Part shown: positions 9,087 through 20,587 of the stretch, in pieces
How the letters are laid out: the number at the start of each line of letters is the position of its first letter
Position numbering within the stretch: position 1 is the first letter of the stretch
Source of the DNA: Bacteroidia bacterium
GTDB lineage: Bacteria > Bacteroidota > Bacteroidia > M30B66
Direction of reading: 5' to 3'
Assembly: GCA_965279035.1 (NCBI GenBank)
Contig: OZ257142.1
Coordinates: forward strand, 1,920,001-1,984,000
DNA: 64,000 bases
Notes under the pieces: model-generated
Told to the model about the DNA's origin: nothing
The model's database searches: none
What the model saw: only the letters and a program-made list of their open reading frames with translations
Position numbers and translations under genes: made by a program

Positions 9087-10898
9087 TTGGAACCTTTGTT
9101 TTCAGAATTTCCCGCTACACATTTTGATGATTGGAAAGCACGTTTGCTGAAAGATCTCAAAGCAGATTCAATCGATCGCATTCTTACTACGCAAATCGAA
9201 GAAATTACTACACCTGTTTACCTTGAACAGGAAAATGCTCCCAAGGCCAATTCCATTGCAGGAAGTCGAATCGCTCATCATCCCGAATTTGCCTTTTCCA
9301 ACGAATGGGAATTTTGTGTGAATGTCGATACTGCCGACCTTGTACTAGCTAATAAACAAGCATTAACAGCACTCGAACATGGAGCTTCAACAGTTCGTTT
9401 TACGGGTCATGAAATCAGCAATCAAGAGGAATTAATTCTCACCTTAAATAAAATCCTCCCCGAAATTGCCCGTATCCATTTCGATTGCGGGGAAGCATCC
9501 GCCTCTTTACTTTTTATGTATCAGGATGAAATTGCTCGTCGCAAACTCGATCCTCTTAGCATTCATGGTTCTGTAAGTCTCGATCCAATTGGTGATTTTG
9601 CATTTTCCGGAACGTTTCCATACAGCAAAGAAGAAAGCATTCAACTGCTTCAAGCCAGTGTCGATTTTGCAAGTACCAATTTACCGCTTTTTAAGACCAT
9701 TTCCGTTCAATCCGCTCGTTGGCATAATGCCGGAGCTTCTGCCGCTCAGGAATTGGCTTTTTCTATTTCAATCCTCAATGAATACCTTATTGAATTAGGA
9801 GCTGATAAAGAAAAAACTGCACGTTCCATGCAATTGAGAATGGCTTCTGGTGCAGAATATTTTCAACAAATTGCCAAATTCAGAAGTATCCGATTGCTTT
9901 GGAATATGCTTCTTCAAGGTCATGGTTTGGATGCGAATAATCTTCCGCTATGGCTTTGTACCGAAACGGCATTACGCAACAAAACGACGTACGATCCCTA
10001 TTTAAATTTGCTCCGATCTACAACCGAAACGATGGCTGCTGTCATTGCTGGTACCGACGAGCATACTGTTCATCCTCACGATTGCTTATTCAAAATTCCG
10101 GATATCGCTTCGCGCAGAATAGCGCTCAATATTCAGCATTTGCTTCACGATGAAAGTAATTTGGATAAAGTATCCGATGCTGCTTCTGGCGCTTATGTGA
10201 TTGAAAAAATGACTTCTGATTTGACCCAACAAGCTTGGGAACTTTTTCTCCAAATTGAAGCAAAAGGTGGTTTTGTTGCAGCCTTACGTTCCGGTTTTAT
10301 TCAAGAATTGATAGTTCGTAATCGAGCACAAATTGAAAACTCAATCCGAATGCGAAAGCGCTCTATCGTTGGCGTTTCGAGTTTTGCCGTTCCTCAATCG
10401 AAAGTACATGTTGAAATTCAATCTCAACGTGATCCACTTTCTAAATTGCCCGAAATTAAAGTGGTTGAAGAGTTTCGCGAAGCAGCCATATTCGAATCAT
10501 TGCGCAGAACATTTACGATGGATGGAAATCCCAATACCTTTTTAGCTGTTTTTGGTGATCCAATAAAACGTGCTGCACGTGCCGGTTTTGCTGCCGAATT
10601 TATTGCCATAGGAGGATTCATTCCCAAAAAAGGTGATGCTCAAGTTACACTCATTGATCAATTACATAGTGATGCTGCCCAATCAGCTCAAGTCATTATT
10701 CTTTGTGCTGCCGATGAAGACTATTTAGTTGCTGTTGAAACGATTCTCAAAGATGGCTGGCCAAGTGTACCTGTCCTCATTGCAGGAAAACCTTCCAACC
10801 AAAAAGAACTAGAAGAATTAGGCGTACACGATTTTATTTTTATTGGTTGCGACGCTGCCAATGTGTTGGGTGGTTTAAGTGAAGAAGTTCTCCATTAA
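9087..10898 (+). CDS. mutA: Methylmalonyl-CoA mutase small (non-catalytic) subunit
   Basis: 'LFSEFP', 'HNAGASAAQELA', 'YFQQIAKFRSIR', 'DPYLNLLRSTTETMAA', 'RAARAGFA'; lacks the DxHxxG B12 motif; TACTTTTG promoter box at 9060-9067. Confidence 0.9.
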   Translation: MEPLFSEFPATHFDDWKARLLKDLKADSIDRILTTQIEEITTPVYLEQENAPKANSIAGSRIAHHPEFAFSNEWEFCVNVDTADLVLANKQALTALEHGASTVRFTGHEISNQEELILTLNKILPEIARIHFDCGEASASLLFMYQDEIARRKLDPLSIHGSVSLDPIGDFAFSGTFPYSKEESIQLLQASVDFASTNLPLFKTISVQSARWHNAGASAAQELAFSISILNEYLIELGADKEKTARSMQLRMASGAEYFQQIAKFRSIRLLWNMLLQGHGLDANNLPLWLCTETALRNKTTYDPYLNLLRSTTETMAAVIAGTDEHTVHPHDCLFKIPDIASRRIALNIQHLLHDESNLDKVSDAASGAYVIEKMTSDLTQQAWELFLQIEAKGGFVAALRSGFIQELIVRNRAQIENSIRMRKRSIVGVSSFAVPQSKVHVEIQSQRDPLSKLPEIKVVEEFREAAIFESLRRTFTMDGNPNTFLAVFGDPIKRAARAGFAAEFIAIGGFIPKKGDAQVTLIDQLHSDAAQSAQVIILCAADEDYLVAVETILKDGWPSVPVLIAGKPSNQKELEELGVHDFIFIGCDAANVLGGLSEEVLH

Positions 10899-10915
10899 TT
10901 TCTAAAAGCTAAATC

Positions 10916-13039
10916 ATGCGCCCCGATTTCTCTCATATACAAATACCCAATCTCATAGCCGATTCTGAAACTGAACGTGATTGGCTTTCTCCTGAAGGAA
11001 TTCCAATCAAGCCCTATTTTCAAGTTTCCGATTTAAACGGCGTCGATCATTTGCATTTTTCTGCCGGATTGCCACCATTTCTGCGCGGTCCGTATTCCAG
11101 CATGTATGTAACTCGTCCTTGGACGATTCGCCAATATGCTGGATTTTCGACTGCCGAAGAAAGCAATGCCTTTTATAAAAAGAATTTAGCTGGTGGACAA
11201 AAAGGGCTTTCTGTTGCGTTCGATTTAGCAACGCACCGAGGATACGACAGTGATCACGAAAGGGTAGAAGGAGATGTTGGAAAAGCAGGTGTGGCGATAG
11301 ATTCGGTAGAGGACATGAAAATCTTGTTTGATCAAATTCCCTTGGATCAGATGAGCGTCTCGATGACCATGAATGGAGCAGTTTTGCCGATTATGGCTTT
11401 TTTCATTGTGGCTGCCGAAGAGCAAGGTGTGAAAGAAGAATTCCTCAGCGGAACCATTCAGAATGATATTTTGAAGGAGTTTATGGTGCGTAATACGTAC
11501 ATCTATCCACCAGCTCCGAGTATGCGCATCATTGCTGATATTTTTGCTTACACAGCTCAGCGCATGCCTAAATTTAACAGCATCAGCATTAGTGGTTATC
11601 ACATGCATGAAGCAGGCGCAACGGCTGATATTGAATTAGCTTACACGCTTAGTGATGGTTTAGAATACATACGCACTGGAATTGAAGCTGGTTTGAAAGT
11701 GGATGAATTCGCGCCACGTCTTTCCTTTTTCTGGGGAATAGGCATGAATCATTTTATGGAAATTGCTAAGATGCGCGCCGGTCGTATGCTTTGGGCAAAA
11801 CTGATTCAATCGTTTGATCCAAATTCGGTGAAATCCTTGATGTTGAGAACACATTGTCAAACGAGTGGCTGGAGCTTAACCGAACAGGATCCGTATAACA
11901 ACGTTGCTCGCACCACGGTTGAAGCATTAGCTGCTGTTTTAGGTGGAACACAAAGCTTACATACCAATGCCCTTGACGAAGCCATCGCATTACCAACAGA
12001 TGCATCGGCACGCATAGCACGAAATACCCAATTGTTTATTCAACAAGAAACTGGTGTAACAAAATTCATCGATCCTTGGGCAGGTTCTTATTACGTTGAA
12101 AAACTCACCGCCGATTTAGCTAGAAAAGCCTGGGAACTTATAGAAGAAGTGGAGAAGTTAGGTGGAATGGCGAAAGCGATTGAAACAGGAATTCCTAAAA
12201 TGCGCATCGAGGAAGCGGCTGCAAAAAAACAAGCAAGAATTGATGCTGGAGCGGAAGTGATTGTTGGTGTAAATCGATATCAGGTAAACGAAGAAACGGA
12301 TTTGGAAATTCGTGAAGTAGATAATACCCAAGTTCGTTTACAGCAACTGGCGAGATTAGCTCAAATCAAAAAAACGAGGAATCAAAAAGCAGTAGATCAA
12401 GCCTTGAATGCCTTGACTACAGCCGCCCAGAACAAATCAGGCAATTTGCTCGAATTGAGCGTAAATGCTGCTCGTGTTAGAGCAACATTAGGTGAAATTT
12501 CTTGGGCTTTAGAAAAAGTATATGGTCGTTATCAAGCTACCATTCGAAGTATTTCTGGTGTATATAATAACGAAGTGAAAAATAATCCTCAACTCGAAAA
12601 AGCACGTCAAATGGCTGATGAATTTTCGGCATTAGCTGGTCGTCGTCCACGTATTTTAGTTGCTAAAATGGGACAAGATGGTCATGATCGCGGTGCGAAA
12701 GTTATAAGTACCGGTTTTGCTGATATTGGGTTTGATGTGGATATTGGACCTTTGTTTCAAACTCCTGCCGAAGTTGCCAAACAAGCACTCGAAAACGATG
12801 TGCATATTTTAGGTGTTTCGTCATTAGCTGGTGGACATAAAACCTTAATTCCACAAGTGATTGAAGAATTAAAAAAAGCATGTCGATCGGATATTTTGGT
12901 TGTTGCTGGCGGTGTAATTCCTCAACAGGATTATGCGTATTTATTTGATGCTGGTGTGGCAGCTGTGTTTGGACCTGGAACAAGCATTCCTATTGCCGCT
13001 CAGGAAGTTTTGAGTATTTTAATTGAGGGATATTCTTAA
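10916..13039 (+). CDS. scpA: Methylmalonyl-CoA mutase large subunit (B12-dependent)
   Basis: '[17 protein letters not shown]', '[11 protein letters not shown]', 'GGTQSLHTN', B12 motif '[10 protein letters not shown]'. Confidence 0.97.
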   Translation: MRPDFSHIQIPNLIADSETERDWLSPEGIPIKPYFQVSDLNGVDHLHFSAGLPPFLRGPYSSMYVTRPWTIRQYAGFSTAEESNAFYKKNLAGGQKGLSVAFDLATHRGYDSDHERVEGDVGKAGVAIDSVEDMKILFDQIPLDQMSVSMTMNGAVLPIMAFFIVAAEEQGVKEEFLSGTIQNDILKEFMVRNTYIYPPAPSMRIIADIFAYTAQRMPKFNSISISGYHMHEAGATADIELAYTLSDGLEYIRTGIEAGLKVDEFAPRLSFFWGIGMNHFMEIAKMRAGRMLWAKLIQSFDPNSVKSLMLRTHCQTSGWSLTEQDPYNNVARTTVEALAAVLGGTQSLHTNALDEAIALPTDASARIARNTQLFIQQETGVTKFIDPWAGSYYVEKLTADLARKAWELIEEVEKLGGMAKAIETGIPKMRIEEAAAKKQARIDAGAEVIVGVNRYQVNEETDLEIREVDNTQVRLQQLARLAQIKKTRNQKAVDQALNALTTAAQNKSGNLLELSVNAARVRATLGEISWALEKVYGRYQATIRSISGVYNNEVKNNPQLEKARQMADEFSALAGRRPRILVAKMGQDGHDRGAKVISTGFADIGFDVDIGPLFQTPAEVAKQALENDVHILGVSSLAGGHKTLIPQVIEELKKACRSDILVVAGGVIPQQDYAYLFDAGVAAVFGPGTSIPIAAQEVLSILIEGYS

Positions 13040-13103
13040 AGAGATTTTTGGATTTTTTCTATCTTAAAATAATTAATAAAATTGTCAGATTAATTCGTTT
13101 GAA

Positions 13104-14399
13104 TTACTCCTTTTTTATGAAAATTCCATGAAATTCATCCGAACGATATTGATAAATTCCTGCTTGTAATTCACGAATATCAATTTTTTCATTTGCATTT
13201 AAATGCCCTGATTTTACACACTTTCCTAAAGAATTATATAAATAATAATTTTGATTTTTCGTTGAATTCATTTGAATAAAATCGCTTGTTGGATTAGGAA
13301 ATAAATTCATTGTATTATTGAATGTTTTTGCATTTTCAATTGCCTGAATTGAACCAAATAGTGATTCGAAATTTTGAGCATATTCATACGATTCCACATT
13401 GCATGAATTCACAGCATCCCAATTGATCGACCAAGTCATCATACCTCCTAAATCGGGATATCCAGCTGTTTGTGTTAAAACATAATTCCCCGGTTGATTT
13501 CCGGTTCCTCTTAAATAATGAATTGCCGATTGTACAATTTCTGTTGAAGTAAATCCACCGCCTGCTGCACTCGAACAAGCTGGTAAACCAACAACTACTT
13601 TGTTCGCTGAAAATCCTGCGAAATTCCCTCCAGAAGTGTTAAATCCTTGAATTAAGGCTTCGCTCATTGCAACAATAAAATCAGCACTAGCTTGCGTATA
13701 AATTCCACCATCAATTCCATATACACTTCCCGAATTATACAATTGAACATGAATGTAATTTATATCATTTCGTAATGCATCTAAAATGGGTAAATATCCA
13801 CCCCAAATTCCACCATATGCCGACATTCCGCCTTGCACATACGCTGTTTCAGGAGCAAACGTCAACATCATGTCATGTGATTTTACACTTAAAAAGTGGG
13901 ATTTAATTTGACGAATTGCTTCAATCAAATTCAAACAATCGGCAGAACTCGGATTAGCAATTGTGCCGCTTGCTAAAATGGAATTTCCATGTTCAATATC
14001 GATATCAATTCCATCAAAAGAATAGGTATCCAACAATGAATTCATCGAATTAATAAATACATCGCGGCTAGCTAAATCAGGAAGTGAAATGCTTGTGTTC
14101 GCTCCTCCAATGCTTAATAACACTTTCTTTCCTAGACCTTGTAAAGCTTGAATTTGTGTGTTGAATGTACTTTCAGAAACTGTTTCAGGAACAAATACCA
14201 TCGTCATATCCGAAGGTGAAACCGGCTCTCCAAAGGAAACACATACAACATCGTAACGAGAATCAATTTGATCCAATGGAATATATGGTGCATTAGCATC
14301 ATTCCAGTTTTGCCAATAACCAATCAATACTGGGTTTTGTGAAAATCCTAAAAAGTGAGAAAGCAAGAGTATTAAGAGTATGGAAAATATCTTTTTCAT
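13104..14399 (-). CDS. GH18 chitinase with T9SS C-terminal domain
   Basis: 'IGYWQNW', 'LLSIGGA', catalytic DxxDxDxE 'FDGIDIDIE', 'GMMTWSINWD'; CTD 'LFPNPTSD...LYNSLGK...AGIY'. Confidence 0.92.
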   Translation of the reverse strand: MKKIFSILLILLLSHFLGFSQNPVLIGYWQNWNDANAPYIPLDQIDSRYDVVCVSFGEPVSPSDMTMVFVPETVSESTFNTQIQALQGLGKKVLLSIGGANTSISLPDLASRDVFINSMNSLLDTYSFDGIDIDIEHGNSILASGTIANPSSADCLNLIEAIRQIKSHFLSVKSHDMMLTFAPETAYVQGGMSAYGGIWGGYLPILDALRNDINYIHVQLYNSGSVYGIDGGIYTQASADFIVAMSEALIQGFNTSGGNFAGFSANKVVVGLPACSSAAGGGFTSTEIVQSAIHYLRGTGNQPGNYVLTQTAGYPDLGGMMTWSINWDAVNSCNVESYEYAQNFESLFGSIQAIENAKTFNNTMNLFPNPTSDFIQMNSTKNQNYYLYNSLGKCVKSGHLNANEKIDIRELQAGIYQYRSDEFHGIFIKKE

Positions 14400-14516
14400 A
14401 ATTCAATTTCGTTCATCAAATATATTCCTAAATCAGTGTAATAATTTAATTTCTCCTAGAGTGATGAAGTACATGAATTCATTCTCATTTTCTACCTTCG
14501 CGCATCAATCATTCCC

Positions 14517-17003
14517 TTGATTTTATATCCAAATTCTACCGGACTTCCGGTTGCTGATATCCTTACGGAAGTTCAAGCTTCACTCCAAGTTAAAACATCC
14601 TTGATCGTTTCCGCTCCACCAGGCGCAGGAAAGAGTACGCTTTTGCCTCTCACTTTGATCGATGCTGATTGGTTAAAAGGACAAAAAATTCTCCTGCTCG
14701 AACCGCGTCGCTTAGCTGCTAAAACCATTGCCTCACGCATGGCCGACCTTTGGGGCGATGAACTTGGACAAACTATCGGTTACCGCATTCGTTTCGAAAA
14801 TCGCGTAAGTGCAAACACACGATTGGAAGTTCTTACCGAAGGAATTCTCACACGCATGTTGCAAACCGATAATGCTCTTGAAGGTGTTGGATTGGTGATT
14901 TTTGATGAGTTTCATGAACGGAGTTTGCATGCTGATTTAGCGTTGGCTTTATGTCGTGAAGCACAACAAGTACTTCGTCCCGATTTGAGAATTCTCATCA
15001 TGTCGGCAACGCTTAATTTACCTAAGTTGAGCGAACTTCTGCAAGCTCCAATCATCGAAAGTTTGGGGCGACAATATCCGGTTGAAATTCGGTATGCCGG
15101 CAGTCAAGACGAAACCTTGATTCCCGAATTAACAGCGCGCGTAGTAATTCAAGCCAGTAGAGAACATGAAGGCGATATCTTGGTTTTTCTACCGGGCGAA
15201 GGTGAAATTCGTTCCTGTGCAGAAATTTTAGGTAAATCCCTTTCCGGTTTCGCCATTCATCCATTATACGGACAATTACCTCCGCATGAGCAGTTTCTCG
15301 CCATCATGCCCAATAAACAGGGAAAACGGAAAATCGTACTGGCTACATCTATTGCCGAAACTAGTCTTACCATCGAAGGAATTCGCATTGTTGTAGATTC
15401 TGGCTTTGGAAAAACTTCCCGTTTCGATCCAGCTTCCGGTTTATCAAAACTTCAAACAGTAAAAATTTCGAAAGATTCTGCCGATCAACGCGCTGGTCGT
15501 GCCGGTAGATTAAGTGCTGGCGTTTGTTACCGCATGTGGACACTTGCCGATCATGAACGCCTAGCCGAATACCGAGTTCCCGAAATCTTGGAAGCTGACT
15601 TAACGCCATTGGTGCTCGATATGGCGCATTGGGGCGTGAACGATATTTCGAAATTAACTTGGTTAACTCAACCTCCTAAAGCAGCATTGTCGAGTGGAAA
15701 TGAAACGCTTCATCAATTGGATGCCTTGGAAAATGGGAAGATCACAGCACATGGAAAACAATTGCATCGACTGGCTTGTCACCCACGTATTGCTCACATG
15801 TTGCTCATGGCCAATACTGATCAAGCAAAGCAACTCGCCACCGACATTGCAGCCATTCTCGAAGAACGCGATCCACTCGGTCGTGAATCGGGCATCGATA
15901 TGAATTTGAGAATTGAAGCTTTACGCCGCGATCGGAAACGAAATTCGATAGGAAAACGATTTTCGCGGATTGCTAAAGTGGCAGAATCATATCGGCGCAT
16001 GTTGGATATTGTTGAGAATAATGAAGCAGTTGATCCATTCGAAACCGGATTGTTGCTGGCTTATGCTTATCCGGAGAGAATCGCATCAGCACGTCCTGGA
16101 AACAATGCACAATTTCAACTGGCCAATGGGAAAATAGCTATGGCCGGACACCAAGACGATTTAGCTCATCAACCCTGGCTTGCCATTGCTCACATGGATA
16201 TGCGTGATGGAATGGGGAAGATTTTCTTGGCTGCACCGCTTAATCCACGCGACTTAATGCCACTGGTGAAGGAAAAGGAAATTGTTGTTTGGGATACACG
16301 TAAAGGTGGACTCATTGCGAGTAAAGACTTACGCATTGGAAGTATTGTTCTACAATCAAAGCCGCTTCAACATCCAAATCCTTCGCGTGTGAAAGAAGCA
16401 ATTGTCCATGCTTTACGAAATGAAGGAGAAGCTTTACTCGATTTTACTGAGGAATTTATTCAGCTTCAAAACCGGATACAAAGTTTGAAAATGTGGAATC
16501 CTGAAGAATCTTGGCCGGATGTGAGTACTGCATTTTTACTCGAACAGGTGGATGATTGGTTGTCTTCCTATTTGGGTGATGTGAAGAAGCCAGAAGACTT
16601 GAAAAGAATTCCATTGAAACAAGCTTTACTTCAACATTTGGGTTGGGATTTTCAACAGAAACTTGAACAGCTCGCTCCAAGTAAAATGCAAGTTCCTAGT
16701 GGTTCATCTATCAAAATTGACTATTTACCGAATGGTGCTACACCCATTTTAGCTGTTCGTTTACAGGAATTATTTGGATTGAGCGACACACCTAAAATCA
16801 ATCAAGGAAAAACCTCAGTCGTTTTGCATTTACTTTCTCCCGGATATAAGCCAGTTCAGGTAACTAGCGATTTACGTAGCTTTTGGAATAACACCTATTT
16901 CGAAGTAAAGAAAGAGTTGAAACGACGTTATCCCAAACATGCCTGGCCCGATGATCCTTGGACAGCAATACCTATAGCCAAAGGAAGAAGCACGAAGAAT
17001 TAA
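14517..17003 (+). CDS. hrpB: ATP-dependent helicase HrpB
   Basis: 'APPGAGKST', 'EPRRLAA', 'FDEFHERS', 'MSAT', 'QRAGRAGR', C-terminal 'LLSPGYKPVQVTSDLRSFW...RYPKHAWP'. Confidence 0.96.
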   Translation: MILYPNSTGLPVADILTEVQASLQVKTSLIVSAPPGAGKSTLLPLTLIDADWLKGQKILLLEPRRLAAKTIASRMADLWGDELGQTIGYRIRFENRVSANTRLEVLTEGILTRMLQTDNALEGVGLVIFDEFHERSLHADLALALCREAQQVLRPDLRILIMSATLNLPKLSELLQAPIIESLGRQYPVEIRYAGSQDETLIPELTARVVIQASREHEGDILVFLPGEGEIRSCAEILGKSLSGFAIHPLYGQLPPHEQFLAIMPNKQGKRKIVLATSIAETSLTIEGIRIVVDSGFGKTSRFDPASGLSKLQTVKISKDSADQRAGRAGRLSAGVCYRMWTLADHERLAEYRVPEILEADLTPLVLDMAHWGVNDISKLTWLTQPPKAALSSGNETLHQLDALENGKITAHGKQLHRLACHPRIAHMLLMANTDQAKQLATDIAAILEERDPLGRESGIDMNLRIEALRRDRKRNSIGKRFSRIAKVAESYRRMLDIVENNEAVDPFETGLLLAYAYPERIASARPGNNAQFQLANGKIAMAGHQDDLAHQPWLAIAHMDMRDGMGKIFLAAPLNPRDLMPLVKEKEIVVWDTRKGGLIASKDLRIGSIVLQSKPLQHPNPSRVKEAIVHALRNEGEALLDFTEEFIQLQNRIQSLKMWNPEESWPDVSTAFLLEQVDDWLSSYLGDVKKPEDLKRIPLKQALLQHLGWDFQQKLEQLAPSKMQVPSGSSIKIDYLPNGATPILAVRLQELFGLSDTPKINQGKTSVVLHLLSPGYKPVQVTSDLRSFWNNTYFEVKKELKRRYPKHAWPDDPWTAIPIAKGRSTKN

Positions 17004-17018
17004 ACATGCTATAAAAAC

Positions 17019-17053
17019 AAAAAAGCACGAAGAATTATTTCCCTCGTGCTTTT
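17019..17053. terminator. Bidirectional terminator between hrpB and the M3 peptidase gene
   Basis: AAAAGCACGA...TCGTGCTTTT inverted repeat between convergent genes. Confidence 0.7.
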
Positions 17054-17071
17054 CGTTGTGTTGATTAAATT

Positions 17072-19243
17072 TTATTTAACCGGAAATCCTCGTTTCCTCA
17101 TCAAGGCTCCCGTTTGAGCATCATGTCCTCGGAATGATTTAAATCCAATTTCAGGATCAATCGTATTTCCAACAGAAAAAACGTATTGAATGAGTCGAGC
17201 AGCAACATTTTTATCATATGGACCTTTACCTTCGATAAACGCTTCGTAAGCATCGGCCGTTAGCACATCCGACCATAAATAGCTGTAATAGCCAGCCGAA
17301 TACCCATCACCCGAAAAGATATGTCCAAATTGAGGTGTACGATGACGCATGACCAATTCTGTTGGCATTCCCAAAGAACCCAAGGTTTGCTTTTCGAATG
17401 CATCAGGATCAATTCCAACAGATGCATCCGCCAAGTGAATTTTCATATCGATCAATGCGCTCGATAAATATTCGGTTGTAGCAAAACCTTCGTTAAATGT
17501 GGAGGCTTTTTCAATGCGTTCTACCAAACTTTTAGGAATAGGTTTTCCTGTTTGATAGTGCAATGCAAACTGAGAAAGCACTTCGGGTGTTCCTAACCAA
17601 TGCTCGAGTAATTGAGAAGGAAATTCAACATAATCGCGCACCACGTTTGTGCCCGATAAAGTTGGATAGGTTACGTTCGAACTTAATCCATGCAATGCAT
17701 GACCGAATTCATGAAATAAGGTACTCGCATCATCCCAAGAAATTAAAACTGGTTCTCCAGGATTTCCTTTTACGAAATTGGAATTATTCGATACGATGGT
17801 CGAGACTTCTTTATCCATGAGTTGTTGCTCACGATAGGCATTCATCCATGCGCCCGAACGCTTGCCTTCACGAGCATACGCATCGAAATACCAAAGCCCA
17901 ATATGTCGTCCTGTTTTTTTGTCTTTCACTTCCCACACGCGCACATCAGGATGGTAAACAGGAACATTTGTTATTGGAGTAAAGCTAAATCCGAAAAGTT
18001 CACCTGCCACCCAAAACATGCCTTCACGAAGCTTTTCCAATTGAAGATATTGCTTCACTTCGTTTTGATCTAAATCATATCGTGCTTTACGAACTTTCTC
18101 TGCGTAATAACGATAATCCCAAGGTTCAATTTTAATTTTCAAACCTTCTTTATCTGCAATGGCTTGCATATCGGCAACTTCTTCTTTTACGCGCGCAACG
18201 GCAGGTGTCCAAACAGATTCCATCAAGTCGATTGCTTTCTGTGGAGTTTTCGCCATGGTATTTTCCAATCTCCAATGTGCATGACTCTGAAATCCTAAAA
18301 GTTTGGCTCTTTCTTGACGCAATTCTAATATCGAAGTAATGATTGCATTGTTATCGTGTTCACCACCATTATCGCCACGATTGATAAACATTCGCCACAC
18401 TTTTTCACGGATTGCTCGATTGTCGGAATAGGTTAAAAATGGATCAACCGAAGAACGCGTATTGCTAATGACCCATTTTGAGTCGAGCAGTTTGGCTTTG
18501 GCTGTATTAGCTGCTCCATCGATCAAGGATTGTGGTAAACCAGCTAATTCTTCTTTGCTGTTTAATACCACTATTTGATCGCTTTCATCAGACAATAAAT
18601 TCTGGCTAAAACGCGTAAATAATCCAGCTAATTCTTGATTAATTTCCGATAATCTTTTTTTCGAAGTAGCATCCAATCTCGCTCCTGCACGAACAAAATT
18701 GTTATAATGCACGAAACATAAACGTTGTTGTTCTGAACTAAGCGATTTTTTTTCGGGTGAATTATATACTGCTTCGATTCGCTTAAAAAGCTTCTCGTTT
18801 TGAGTAATTAAATCACCAAAACCAGCCAATTTAGGTTCGTATTCTGTTTCAACTGCTTGGAATTCGGGTGTACTTAAATTCGATCCCCAAATTCCATAAA
18901 TAATAACTAAACGCGATAATTTCTGACCGCTTCGTTCTAATGCTGCAATCGTGTTTGCAAATGTTGCTGCTTCGGGATTTTGAGCTATTTTATCTATTTC
19001 AGAAAGATTCTCTGCCATAGCTGCTTCGAATGCTGGCTTGAAATCCGAAACTTTTACTTTATCAAAAGGAGGAATTCCTCCATACGGTCCGCTCCAATCG
19101 GCCAATAATGGATTGGTATCTACATTTTTTTCCACAGTATTTTTCTTTGGACTTGATGATTTTAAAGATGCATGATGATCTCCTGTCCCCGCTATGGCAA
19201 TACTTGCGAATAAAACCGCAGCAGGTAAAATGAATTTTTGCAT
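17072..19243 (-). CDS. dcp: M3 family metallopeptidase (peptidyl-dipeptidase Dcp-like), exported
   Basis: 'NPLL..W.GPYGG.PPF', 'KRSGAWM', HEXXH 'HEFGH', 'DYVEFPSQ', 'YSAGYYSYLWS'. Signal-peptide start at ATG 19243. Confidence 0.92.
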   Translation of the reverse strand: MQKFILPAAVLFASIAIAGTGDHHASLKSSSPKKNTVEKNVDTNPLLADWSGPYGGIPPFDKVKVSDFKPAFEAAMAENLSEIDKIAQNPEAATFANTIAALERSGQKLSRLVIIYGIWGSNLSTPEFQAVETEYEPKLAGFGDLITQNEKLFKRIEAVYNSPEKKSLSSEQQRLCFVHYNNFVRAGARLDATSKKRLSEINQELAGLFTRFSQNLLSDESDQIVVLNSKEELAGLPQSLIDGAANTAKAKLLDSKWVISNTRSSVDPFLTYSDNRAIREKVWRMFINRGDNGGEHDNNAIITSILELRQERAKLLGFQSHAHWRLENTMAKTPQKAIDLMESVWTPAVARVKEEVADMQAIADKEGLKIKIEPWDYRYYAEKVRKARYDLDQNEVKQYLQLEKLREGMFWVAGELFGFSFTPITNVPVYHPDVRVWEVKDKKTGRHIGLWYFDAYAREGKRSGAWMNAYREQQLMDKEVSTIVSNNSNFVKGNPGEPVLISWDDASTLFHEFGHALHGLSSNVTYPTLSGTNVVRDYVEFPSQLLEHWLGTPEVLSQFALHYQTGKPIPKSLVERIEKASTFNEGFATTEYLSSALIDMKIHLADASVGIDPDAFEKQTLGSLGMPTELVMRHRTPQFGHIFSGDGYSAGYYSYLWSDVLTADAYEAFIEGKGPYDKNVAARLIQYVFSVGNTIDPEIGFKSFRGHDAQTGALMRKRGFPVK

Positions 19244-19338
19244 AGTTCTGTTTTGGAATGGCAAGATGGTGAAAGCATTGGAAACCGTTTCTATTGACGG
19301 ATCGAATTCTAGCAAGTATAGTATTTCAATTGATTCAA

Positions 19339-20586
19339 TTAACGATTATAAACAAATCCTAAAACACTTCCATTTGTTTGAAATCCAATGGGATTTTCAA
19401 TCTGCTTTATTTTCGTTTGATTCAATAACTTGTCAATTGCCTGTATCACCTGAGCAACACCAATTTGCTTCATACATTGATTATCACCAGCACAAGGCGG
19501 CGTCATAAATTCGTGAACACAGGGACTGCAATACACATTCATATAAATGGGAATACACGTTTCCATTTGTCCATATTGATGCGGCGCACAAGGCCCGAAT
19601 AAACCAACTGTTGGCTTTTTAAGTGACAAAGCCATATGTAGAGGACCTGTATCATTAGTGACGACTCCTAAAGCAGAATCAATTAATGCCATTAATTCAT
19701 TTAAATTCAGTTTACCTGACGAATTAATTACACCTAAATCCTGACTGAATTCAGAAGAAATTTGATTTACATAATTTGCTTCTTGTTTATTTCCAATGAG
19801 TACTAATTGTATTTCGGGATGTTTATTTCTGAATTCTTTAATAAGCTGAATAAACGATGCAGAAGGCCATCTGCGCTCTAATCGTAAGTCAGAAGCATTC
19901 GGATTTACAACTAGATATTGTCCATTAAAATTCGACTGAATTGATTTTATTTTTTGTAGAAAATCTGTTTTGTAATTATCCGAAATTGGAGGTGGAATTA
20001 AATTCGAATCGACTTCTTTTAAAGGAAGAATTCGCGCCATTTGCAAATAGATTTCCGATAAAGGCGCTTTTATATTATAATACATTAGATGCGTAAATAA
20101 TCCGGCTCGATAATCTTTATCGCTTTTATAATAACCTAGTCGGTTGGTTGCCGCGCTTAAGGTGCAAAGCAAGGTGCTGTAATTGGAATATATTTCTAAA
20201 TCGATATATACCTGCGGACGAAATTTCCATAAGGAAATAATTGCTTTAAAAGTGGAAATCAAAACATTCGAAAAGCTTTTGTCATCCACTAATATTTCAC
20301 GATCAATACAGCTTTTATAAAAGTGTAGAATCCCCGAATTTGCTTTCGTGCTAACAAAACAAATTTCTGCTTGAGGATAATTTATTCTCAGCGTTTTTAA
20401 TAGGGCAGAAGCTTGAACAATACTGCCCATGCCTTTGAATTTACAAACAACAATGCGGTTAAATGGGCGATCGAGTTGATGATTGATGCGTAATAAAAAA
20501 CCAAGTATACGCACCATTCCATACAAGAGAATGTTCAGTACAGAACCTACCGATTTATCTAATAAAAGCTGAATTCGGGTACGCAT
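19339..20586 (-). CDS. Glycosyltransferase family 9 (heptosyltransferase-like)
   Basis: 'VVCKFKGMGSIV', 'NPNAS...RRWP', 'VTNDTGPLHMA', 'GLFGP', 'CSPC...C...CM'. Confidence 0.88.
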   Translation of the reverse strand: MRTRIQLLLDKSVGSVLNILLYGMVRILGFLLRINHQLDRPFNRIVVCKFKGMGSIVQASALLKTLRINYPQAEICFVSTKANSGILHFYKSCIDREILVDDKSFSNVLISTFKAIISLWKFRPQVYIDLEIYSNYSTLLCTLSAATNRLGYYKSDKDYRAGLFTHLMYYNIKAPLSEIYLQMARILPLKEVDSNLIPPPISDNYKTDFLQKIKSIQSNFNGQYLVVNPNASDLRLERRWPSASFIQLIKEFRNKHPEIQLVLIGNKQEANYVNQISSEFSQDLGVINSSGKLNLNELMALIDSALGVVTNDTGPLHMALSLKKPTVGLFGPCAPHQYGQMETCIPIYMNVYCSPCVHEFMTPPCAGDNQCMKQIGVAQVIQAIDKLLNQTKIKQIENPIGFQTNGSVLGFVYNR

Positions 20587-20587
20587 A

